A DNA stretch of 36,146 nucleotides, taken from a virus. The position numbers and the translations under genes are program-made. The stretch is taken from positions 1-36,146 of the IMG/VR virus record IMGVR_UViG_3300002461_000279; one strand, written 5' to 3'. The notes below the pieces were generated by a model. The model was not told the DNA's origin. It saw only the letters and a program-made list of their open reading frames with translations, and made no database searches. Below, in pieces: positions 7,932 to 15,521 of the stretch (position 1 is its first letter; the number at the start of each line of letters is the position of its first letter).

Positions 7932-9860
7932 TTAGGTGATCGAAGAGGCCGCCGAGAACGCGGTCGGGTAGCGGACGATGATGTCGATCGCCGCAATCGC
8001 GCGCACGCCGATGATGCCGGCCTGAAAGTTCGCGAAGGGATTGACCTCGACCTCGAGCACACCCCACTCGCAAACCACGACCTGGCCGAAGTCGCCGAAG
8101 ATCATCGTGGCCGCAGGCATCTGATTCGATGCCATGCCGCGATGGCCGTCGACGTTGGCCATGTCGAGGCGACCATCCCAGATCGGGGACGCTGTCGAGG
8201 AGAACTTGACCCGGGTCTTGAGCAGGCCAGCAACAGCACCGGTTGTCACATAGCCGCTATCTGCGTTCAGGGCGTTGCCGGCAAATACGTCGGTCTGAAA
8301 CTCGACGATATCGGCGTAGTCGATCGACGTACCGGTCACGGCACCAATGCCGGACGTGTTCAAAATGCCAGTCGGCTGGCCACCAGATCCCGACCCGTTC
8401 AGTCCAGCCAGGTCGATCGCGAGCGAGACGACGGTGGCGAGATCCTGGTTGACCAGGCCCTCGACCGCGGGCGAGCTCTGCAGCAGCAGCTGGCGCGAGA
8501 TCTCGGTGTAGCCGCCGACGTGCTTCGGCGTTGCCGCGATCTGCGTGAAGGTCTGGTTCGACTCGGTAATCGTCGAGCCTTCGTTCGCCAGCCAGATCGC
8601 CGTGCCCGCGCCGGTCTGCTTCGGGATGGTGATGCTGTCGCGCAGGCCGGACAAGCGCATCGCGCCCATGTTGAACATCACCGAGCGATTGCGCAGCAAC
8701 TCGATGAAGCCCATGTTCGCGGTGTTCACCAGGTAGCCCGCCGAGGCCGCGCTGGCTACCGTCAGATCGCGCTTGCCGAGCTGGTAGGGGATCTGGTCGG
8801 CCGGCGTCGGCAGCGCGCGCTGCTGAACTTCGTAGGGCACGAAGAACTTGCGCTGGTCGGGCGTGCGGCCCAGCCGGTTCGCGATCTCGCGCGAGCACTC
8901 CGCTTCGAAGCCGGCCGCATTCCAGTTGCCGTCGTGCACGGCGAGGATCGCGCGGGTAAGGCTGTAGCGATCCGCCTCGCGGGCCGACAGACCCAGCTTG
9001 GCCTCGGACTGCGGATTGCTCTTGCCCCGCTCCTGGAGAATCTTGAGCATGTCGTCGGACACCTGCGCCATGCTGGCGCCGGACGAGATCCAGACGCTGC
9101 GCATGTTTTCGTCGATGTTGTTCATGCGGCACAGATTCTCGATGCCGCGCCGGCGCTCGGCGTCCAGAGCGAGGATCCGCTCGGTCGTTGCCGCGGCGCC
9201 CGCTGCATTCAGTTGAGCAGCTGCAGCGGCATGGGCCGGGTTGTTGTCGGTGACGACGGCGGCAGTCCCCGCCGGTTGATTGCCTTGATCCATCTTCAAC
9301 TCCTTCACATTGTTGGCTTTCGCCGGGGGGATATTCGCAGAACGCCCCACGCCGACGCTGGCGTCAGCGGGGATCGTCACAAACGAGATTTCGAATGGTT
9401 GCCAGCGCGTGACGGTGTACTCGTCACCATCCTCTTCCGAGGAGCGCGTGAGCTTGGCTTCTTGCGCGCGATAGCCGACCGAGATCGAGGGAAGGATGCC
9501 ATCGACGGCATCGCGGTAGATCTGCTTCGCACGATCGGAGCTGCCGAACCGCAACAGCGCGCGGCCGCGGCGATCTTTGTCGATCCGCGCGGTTTCGATG
9601 ATGCCGAGGTAATCGTCTCGATTGTGGTTGAAGAGGACATTCGCGCGACCAGACGACAGCCGCGAAAGATCGACGGCGTCACGAGCATGGGAAAGGATCT
9701 CCATCCCATACCAGCGCTCGACCGGCTCCTCGGACGAAAACGCGACCTCGATCGTGCGCTGCTCTTCGTTTGCGCTGGCACGGTCGAATTGCGCGTCGCG
9801 GTGCTGCACGGTGGCGAGGAGCTCGTTGATGTCTTCCAAGCGTCTTGTTGGCATGGTCAC
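7932..9860 (-). CDS. Prohead protease (HK97/S78-type) fused in frame to a scaffold-like linker and an HK97-fold major capsid protein
   Basis: 642 aa. The N-terminal ~180 aa are protease-like (EQRTIEVAFSSEEPVERWYGMEILSH...NVLFNHNRDDYLG). The C-terminal ~340 aa are typical HK97 capsid (GYLV..FIELLRNRSV...TIPKQTG...TPKHVGGYTEISRQLL...). An internal SD plus ATG lies at codon 190. Confidence 0.85.
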   Translation of the reverse strand: MTMPTRRLEDINELLATVQHRDAQFDRASANEEQRTIEVAFSSEEPVERWYGMEILSHARDAVDLSRLSSGRANVLFNHNRDDYLGIIETARIDKDRRGRALLRFGSSDRAKQIYRDAVDGILPSISVGYRAQEAKLTRSSEEDGDEYTVTRWQPFEISFVTIPADASVGVGRSANIPPAKANNVKELKMDQGNQPAGTAAVVTDNNPAHAAAAAQLNAAGAAATTERILALDAERRRGIENLCRMNNIDENMRSVWISSGASMAQVSDDMLKILQERGKSNPQSEAKLGLSAREADRYSLTRAILAVHDGNWNAAGFEAECSREIANRLGRTPDQRKFFVPYEVQQRALPTPADQIPYQLGKRDLTVASAASAGYLVNTANMGFIELLRNRSVMFNMGAMRLSGLRDSITIPKQTGAGTAIWLANEGSTITESNQTFTQIAATPKHVGGYTEISRQLLLQSSPAVEGLVNQDLATVVSLAIDLAGLNGSGSGGQPTGILNTSGIGAVTGTSIDYADIVEFQTDVFAGNALNADSGYVTTGAVAGLLKTRVKFSSTASPIWDGRLDMANVDGHRGMASNQMPAATMIFGDFGQVVVCEWGVLEVEVNPFANFQAGIIGVRAIAAIDIIVRYPTAFSAASSIT

Positions 9861-11554
9861 CTTCTGTTCAGAGATACGACGCGAGTGCCGCGATCGGCTT
9901 CGTCGTCGTTTTCGTTCTGCTCGGCGTTTTCGTCCGGCTCTTTGTCCTCGTCATCGGGCTTCCCAGGGGAGGCGGCAGCAGGTTGAGATTTGGCGACCGC
10001 GCCCGGATCTGTGTCCGTCGTGATGCCGGCGTCCTTGAGCATGTCGAGCTCGCGCTTGCGGGTTTGGACGATGTCCTCGATGTCCAGGCCGCCCGCCGTC
10101 GCCGCGATCGTGTCGGTGACCGTCGTGAAGCCGCTGCGGACCGCCTCTTTGTAGGCTGCGACCTCTTTCGCAGGATCCACCCAGGACCAGCCGCGCGTTT
10201 TGAATCGCGCGTGCTCGAACTTCTCCGGATTCGATGCATACTCGGTCACCGATACCCCGCTGACCGCGCCGGCGAGAACCGCTTGCTGCAGCCACATCCG
10301 ATGCACGCGCGCCCTAAAGTTGCGCAGGAACCATGTCTGGAGCATGCGCCAGAGGTCGCGGTCATCGAGCAGTGCCAGGCGCGAGCTACTGTAGTTGCTT
10401 TGCGAGTAGTCCCTGGACAGGGACTCGTAGGACAGATCGACACCGGCGGCGATCTCGCGCAGCATGAAGCGCATGAACGCCTCAATGCCGGTGTTCGGAC
10501 GGTTCGGCGACCAGGGATTGAATTTCTCACCCGGGCTCAAATGCTCGACCAGGCCGGGCTGGATCTCGATCTGCCGCTGGCCATCCTCTTCGTGGTCTCC
10601 CACTGGCGGCTCAGCGGACTCGATAAAACCCATGTAGCAAGCAGCGGCGCGCGCGGCGATGACCTCGGCCTCGGTGTACCCGCCCATGTCACGCAGCCGC
10701 TGAATGATCGCGTGCATCCACGGCATCGAGCGCGTGCTCGGCCAGCGATTGATGATGCGTAGGTGAATGATCTCGTCGGCAGGGACGCGCTCGAGCATGG
10801 CCGTCGATGCGTACGCCGGCCGGATGTCGCCGGGATGGCCGTTGCGGATCCAGTAGGCGATCGGCCGCTGGTAGGCATCGACCTCAACGCCGAGGCGGAC
10901 CATCGCACCGCCGCGCGGGGAGATGTCAGGCTGGTACTCGTGCGGGACTCGCTCGGCCTCGATCAGCTCCAGCGCATAGGGCACACGAGAGCGGCCGAAC
11001 CGGCGAAAGTGTTGGCGAAAGAAAACCTCACCAGCCTCAAACACCTGACCCATGCCCTGGATCTCGAGGTCTGCGAAGTGCAGGCTGCCGCCGGTGTGAC
11101 AGAACTCCGCCTCGGACCATTGCCGAAAGGCGCTCTCGATACCGTCGTTCGCCGCCGCATAAAGATTGCCGCGCGACGACATAACCTGCCCTTGCAAGCC
11201 AATGCCAGAGCCGATGACGTTGTTCACGATCACCCGGCGAGCTCGTCGGCCATAGGGATTGTCGCGAACCAGTGAGCGCGACATGTTCCGAATCGCGGTC
11301 AGACTGGCGGCGACCTCGGCATCCTCGGACGATGTGGACGGATTCCAATCCGAGTTCAAACGAGACATGCGCGCGTTTGCGTACATGCGTTGCGCCAGGC
11401 GCGAGGGTGACGGCGTCGGCACCGATCTCTGCGCTTCTATGACCGGCGCTACCGGCGCCGCAGCAGCCGGCGCCTGGGCACGTTGCTGCCTCGGCTCCCA
11501 GCGCCCGACGCTGGCATTCCAGCGAGCATCGGCGCGGATCGTCGAGTTAGGCAC
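9857..11554 (-). CDS. Portal protein, lambda gpB family
   Basis: 565 aa between terminase and protease, with an acidic C-terminal tail. GTG start at 11554. ATGA overlap with the protease gene. Confidence 0.8.
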   Translation of the reverse strand: MPNSTIRADARWNASVGRWEPRQQRAQAPAAAAPVAPVIEAQRSVPTPSPSRLAQRMYANARMSRLNSDWNPSTSSEDAEVAASLTAIRNMSRSLVRDNPYGRRARRVIVNNVIGSGIGLQGQVMSSRGNLYAAANDGIESAFRQWSEAEFCHTGGSLHFADLEIQGMGQVFEAGEVFFRQHFRRFGRSRVPYALELIEAERVPHEYQPDISPRGGAMVRLGVEVDAYQRPIAYWIRNGHPGDIRPAYASTAMLERVPADEIIHLRIINRWPSTRSMPWMHAIIQRLRDMGGYTEAEVIAARAAACYMGFIESAEPPVGDHEEDGQRQIEIQPGLVEHLSPGEKFNPWSPNRPNTGIEAFMRFMLREIAAGVDLSYESLSRDYSQSNYSSSRLALLDDRDLWRMLQTWFLRNFRARVHRMWLQQAVLAGAVSGVSVTEYASNPEKFEHARFKTRGWSWVDPAKEVAAYKEAVRSGFTTVTDTIAATAGGLDIEDIVQTRKRELDMLKDAGITTDTDPGAVAKSQPAAASPGKPDDEDKEPDENAEQNENDDEADRGTRVVSLNRR

Positions 11555-12128
11555 GCCCGAACCTCACGAACAGCTTGCGCGGGTTGCCCTTGCCTGCAGC
11601 GATGGATGCAGCCTGATCTTCGCGCGCCACCTCGGCGCGGACGTGCTCGTACTCGATGCGCACCTCGGCCAGCGTCGAGAACGTGCGCGTGCGTGAACCG
11701 TTGCCAGTCTGGATCGAGTAGGAAGCCAGCGTCGGATCTCGCGCCAGCATGGCTGCTTCGAGCTTCTCGAGGATCTTGCGCGCCGGACTGCGGAGGTCGA
11801 GCGCCGCCGTTGCAGAGACGCCTCGAAGATCGGGCTCGACTTTGATGCGGCCGCTTCCGATCGTGTATTCCTCGCCGGAGTAGGCGACCCAGGCGACGTA
11901 GTCGTACGTGCCGGCGACATAGGTTGCCGTAGTGGATGCGGCGACAGTTATCGCATGATTGACTCCATCAGCAGAAGCGGTGACCTCGAAGCCACCTTGC
12001 GCATTCTTGAATCGATACTTGAGTACCCACGTCGGCGCCGGGTAGGCGGCCAGATCCTCGCGCCGCCATTTCCAGGTATCACCGGCGCGGAGGGTTTGCG
12101 GCTCTGATGTGGGGATCGAGGTGCTCAC
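11547..12128 (-). CDS. Hypothetical protein between terminase and portal
   Basis: 193 aa, GTG start, overlaps the portal start by 8 nt. No family recognised. It occupies the slot where lambda has gpW. Confidence 0.55.
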   Translation of the reverse strand: MSTSIPTSEPQTLRAGDTWKWRREDLAAYPAPTWVLKYRFKNAQGGFEVTASADGVNHAITVAASTTATYVAGTYDYVAWVAYSGEEYTIGSGRIKVEPDLRGVSATAALDLRSPARKILEKLEAAMLARDPTLASYSIQTGNGSRTRTFSTLAEVRIEYEHVRAEVAREDQAASIAAGKGNPRKLFVRFGRA

Positions 12129-12177
12129 GACCAGGATACTGGCCGCGAGCGCGTCTCAAGTTAAGGCAAAACTGAGA

Positions 12178-12420
12178 CTATTTTTTCCGGCTCCGGCGGT
12201 ATGCCGATGCCCTGCTCATGCCGAGCTCCATGAGATCTCGAACGCTTGACAGCCGACCGATCTCGAACGGCGCACGCTTCGGCACATAGACCCGCTCGCC
12301 GCCGAAGTGTTGAATGACCCGCTGCTGCACCTGGACGCGCTGCTCGTCGGTCATCTTGACGCCGAGCACTTCCTCGCAGGCAATCGTCAGCTCTCTGATC
12401 ATTTCCTCGACCTCGCTCAT
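12178..12420 (-). CDS. Small HTH protein, Mor-like C-terminus
   Basis: 80 aa. GGERVYVPK followed by an HTH-like VRDLMELGMSRASAYRRSRKK resembles the Mor family core. ATGA overlap with the large terminase stop. Confidence 0.45.
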   Translation of the reverse strand: MSEVEEMIRELTIACEEVLGVKMTDEQRVQVQQRVIQHFGGERVYVPKRAPFEIGRLSSVRDLMELGMSRASAYRRSRKK

Positions 12421-14498
12421 CGCCAGTTGCCAATCGAATACGAGCCGCGTCGAGGCATCTGGACACGGCGCTTAGGTTGCACGGGAAGTGGGCCGGGTGC
12501 AGGCGTCTGCACTGCTTGAGCTGGATCGGGCTCGGCTGCGGTCGTCGCGGCCTCGGCGTCCTCGGTCGCATCCTCTGCAGGCGCATCCTCGCTCGGCTGT
12601 TCGGGCTCGATGAACAAGCTCGCCTGCAGCAGCTGCCGCTCGATGCTTGCCCACTTGGATTCGGAGTAGATGTCGATCCGCAGCGATCTCGCACCATGCA
12701 GCGCGTAGACCTCGCAATCGAGCGCTTCGTTGCGCTTGCCGGCCTTTTTCTGCCAGATCTTGACGCCTTTGCGCGCGCCTGGCGCAGGCGCTTTGACCTC
12801 GGCGAGCAGCTGCTCGAAGTAGTCCGGCCTCACGTCCTTGTACCAGTGAATCCGACCAGGCCCAGAGCCGGTCAGCTTGATCCGGCCGCCGCCCTCGCCG
12901 CCCAAGATCAGATCTTTCGCGCGGGCCGTGCCGACGATGTAGATCGGCAGACCGTACTTCGCCGCCTTGTGTCGCGTGGTGACCTCGATCACACGCGGCT
13001 TCGTGAATATGTCCCGGCCATCCGTGGCGACGCCCTTGACCGCCATGCAGCGCCGAGCCCGCAGCCGGCGGTTGAACTCGCGCACGTTCTTGTAAACCGC
13101 ATCGTCCGTCTGGCCGTCCGATGCATCAAACGATGCCGCATGGATGCCCAGCTCGGCACCGCTGGCGTGCCGGAACGTGCGGCCAAACATCGTCGCCCAG
13201 GCCTGCTCCCAGACCTCGCCCTCGAGCACGTTGCCGTAGAGCTCCCCCCACCACACCAGCCAAGACTCCTCGCCGCGGCCCCATGCTCGGATGATGATCG
13301 CAAGGCGATCGTGCTGCACGTCGATACCAGCAGTCAGCAGCAGCCCGCCGGCCGGCACGGTGAACTCGGCGTAGACCTTGCCGCGCTGCTTGAGATCGTC
13401 TTCTTCCGGGACGTCGTTCTTGAACTCCCAGGGCAGCCCGAGCGAGCCATTCCAGAACGCGATCAACGGACCGATGTTGCCGGTGTTGGCCTCGTGCACG
13501 GCCTCGAGGTAGCGGGCTGCCAGGCGATCGAGCATTGACGCGGAGAACGGGCTCATCAACTCGTTGAAGTAGTAGCCCCTGATACCGCGGAACGGCGACG
13601 TCGGCCGCCACTCGCCGCGCGCACAGTTCGCGTTTTTCTCTTGGCTCGACCACTCCACGCCGCACGCCGGACAGGCATAGCGCGCCGTCTCCGGCAGCGC
13701 GTGCCCGTAGACCGGATGCATCTGCGCGGGATCGGACGACCAGCGCACATGCTCCCACGCCAGCGGCGCATGTTCGCCGCAGTGATGGCACGGCACGTAC
13801 CAGTAGCGCTGGTCGCTCTTCATCATCTCGGCCTCGATCGACGAGATCCCCTTGATCGTCGGCGTGCCACCGACGAGCATCTTCGCATCCGGGTACGTCT
13901 TGCCGCGATCGCGTAGCAGTTCGATCGAGTCGCCCTGCCCCTTGAGGTTGACGTTGCAGTCATCCGGCTCTTCGACGATCAGCCGCTTCGCACTGGTGGA
14001 CTTCACGCCGCCGGTGCTGTTCGATCCGACGAACTTGATGAACCCGCCCGGAAACGTCTTGTGATCCTGCCGATAGTCCTTCGATCGGGTCTTGACCTCG
14101 ATCTTGTCCGAGAGCGCGGGCGAGGCCTCGACGACGGGCTCAAACTTCTCCAGGTTGAAGTCGCGCCAGGTCTTGTCCCTGGGGAACATCACGATCATCG
14201 ATGCCGGATCTTGGTCGATCGTGTAGCCTTGCCAGCCCATCACCAAGCCCATCGTCCACCCGATCTGGCTTGACTTCATCCCGCAGACCTCAATCACAGC
14301 CGGATCGTTGAGCGCATCGAGCGGCTCGCGCAAGTACGGCGTCACGCTGAGCGAGTAGCGACCGGAGATCGCCGAGGTCTCGGGCAAGCGCATACTCGCC
14401 TCGATCCACTGTGCAGGCGACATTAGCTCCGGTGGCGCGACGAGCGGCAGAAGCCATGCCCAGAGGGATTCAAGCTGAAGCGAGAACTTTTGGTTCAT
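12417..14498 (-). CDS. Terminase large subunit, lambda gpA family
   Basis: 693 aa. Contains the VPCHHCGEHAPLAWEHVRW...YACPACG zinc-ribbon typical of gpA-type terminases and an acidic C-terminal tail. Follows a Nu1-like gene. Confidence 0.85.
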   Translation of the reverse strand: MNQKFSLQLESLWAWLLPLVAPPELMSPAQWIEASMRLPETSAISGRYSLSVTPYLREPLDALNDPAVIEVCGMKSSQIGWTMGLVMGWQGYTIDQDPASMIVMFPRDKTWRDFNLEKFEPVVEASPALSDKIEVKTRSKDYRQDHKTFPGGFIKFVGSNSTGGVKSTSAKRLIVEEPDDCNVNLKGQGDSIELLRDRGKTYPDAKMLVGGTPTIKGISSIEAEMMKSDQRYWYVPCHHCGEHAPLAWEHVRWSSDPAQMHPVYGHALPETARYACPACGVEWSSQEKNANCARGEWRPTSPFRGIRGYYFNELMSPFSASMLDRLAARYLEAVHEANTGNIGPLIAFWNGSLGLPWEFKNDVPEEDDLKQRGKVYAEFTVPAGGLLLTAGIDVQHDRLAIIIRAWGRGEESWLVWWGELYGNVLEGEVWEQAWATMFGRTFRHASGAELGIHAASFDASDGQTDDAVYKNVREFNRRLRARRCMAVKGVATDGRDIFTKPRVIEVTTRHKAAKYGLPIYIVGTARAKDLILGGEGGGRIKLTGSGPGRIHWYKDVRPDYFEQLLAEVKAPAPGARKGVKIWQKKAGKRNEALDCEVYALHGARSLRIDIYSESKWASIERQLLQASLFIEPEQPSEDAPAEDATEDAEAATTAAEPDPAQAVQTPAPGPLPVQPKRRVQMPRRGSYSIGNWR

Positions 14499-14922
14499 AC
14501 TCGCTGATCTCCATCAACGCCGACCGAATACCCTCGTCGACCGCTGCCCGCGCGCTTTCCGGGATCTCCGGAGCCTTGCTGACCGTTAGCAGCCTCGACC
14601 GGAGTTCGATGAGCAAGCGGCCAAGCGAACGGCGTACGCCGGCCGTCTCAACCAGCAGTCCTTGACGCCGGTACAGCTCTAACTCCCGCAGATCGGCGGT
14701 AATTCGATCAAGCCTGTCCTTTGCCGACTCTCTCATAGCGCGCCGCATCGCTCGGTCGATCATCCAGTCGATCACCGCCTCAGTGTCATACTCGCCAGCC
14801 ACCCCCGGGCCGCCGCGCCGAACGACGGGCATCGGCGGATCTTCGTTCTGCCACTCGGTCAGAGCCGTATCTGACTTGCCGACAATTTCACCGAGCACAC
14901 GCTTGTTGACGATTTGGCCCAT
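14470..14922 (-). CDS. Terminase small subunit, Nu1-like
   Basis: 150 aa. The N-terminal winged HTH VNKRVLGEIVGKSDTALTEWQNEDPPMPV..G..G..YDTEAVIDW matches the Nu1 pattern. Confidence 0.75.
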   Translation of the reverse strand: MGQIVNKRVLGEIVGKSDTALTEWQNEDPPMPVVRRGGPGVAGEYDTEAVIDWMIDRAMRRAMRESAKDRLDRITADLRELELYRRQGLLVETAGVRRSLGRLLIELRSRLLTVSKAPEIPESARAAVDEGIRSALMEISEYEPKVLASA

Positions 14923-14934
14923 TGCAAACCCAAC

Positions 14935-15150
14935 CTATAGACGTTTCACATCTGGAGAGATTTCGCGGTCGTTAGCCTCGCATGCAGAGGCGCCAGGAGG
15001 GACCCGTGAATTCTTCAGCGCCTCCGCCTCTGCCACCGTGACCAACACGAGCCCTCGAGCTTTGCACCAGATCACCGCAGCATCTAGCTGGTGCTCGAAC
15101 AAGCGTCGATCCTCAAAGTCACGCAGAACAGCCTCGGCTGCTGGCGACAT
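14935..15150 (-). CDS. Hypothetical small protein upstream of Nu1; coding status uncertain
   Basis: 71 aa from ATG 15150, stop 12 nt before the Nu1 start. The longer track ORF to 15279 would run through the iteron field. Confidence 0.35.
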   Translation of the reverse strand: MSPAAEAVLRDFEDRRLFEHQLDAAVIWCKARGLVLVTVAEAEALKNSRVPPGASACEANDREISPDVKRL

Positions 15151-15176
15151 GTGATGCGAGACATCGTTGATGCTTA

Positions 15177-15445
15177 CCCTGTTCACCCTGATCACCCCCT
15201 GTTCATCCATAAGCGGTTGATTCCTCTTTCCTTGATCAGGGTGAACAGAGGTAACAGGGGTAAAAGAGAGAGCTGGCACGGCAAGCCCTCACGCGTGTCC
15301 GCGCACGCAGGCAGGCACGCATGCGCGCACCCGCTCATGTGCGTGGCAGCCCTGTCAGCCCTGTTCACCCTGATCTGGCCTTTGATTCGTCGAGCGTTTC
15401 GGCTGAACATGGCAGTTATCCACAGCCCTGTTCACCCTGTTCAAC
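15177..15445. repeat. Iteron field, candidate replication origin; cos may also lie nearby
   Basis: Perfect TGTTCACC at 15180-15187, 15362-15369 and 15429-15436, and inverted at 15240-15247. One-mismatch copies at 15200, 15438 and ~15352. A 17-bp direct repeat CCCTGTTCACCCTGATC lies at 15177 and 15359. A 16-bp inverted repeat lies at 15179-15194 / 15233-15248. Confidence 0.7.
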
Positions 15446-15521
15446 ACACGCCATGACCCGCACGCGAGCGAGTCTCTACCGGTGCCGCGCCGCACCGATG
15501 GCCACGTGGATCGAGTCGAGA

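Noticed and set aside
8142-9986. A 614-aa plus-strand ORF opposite the protease-capsid gene. Similar long antisense ORFs occur at 269-874, 12477-13538, 31403-32761, 32786-33634 and 33267-34328.
   Set aside because: Their products are Arg/Gly/Ala/Pro-rich and low in complexity. They lie antisense to genes with clear family signatures. This is the expected stop-codon-poor antisense frame of GC-rich DNA.
15151-15279. The upstream part of ORF 14935-15279, giving the 114-aa version.
   Set aside because: It would be encoded by the iteron and inverted-repeat DNA itself. The shorter version from ATG 15150 is kept at low confidence.
15177-15445. Considered a small CRISPR-like array.
   Set aside because: The repeat units are 8-17 bp, occur in both orientations and have irregular spacing. 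They fit origin or terminase-binding iterons rather than a CRISPR array.
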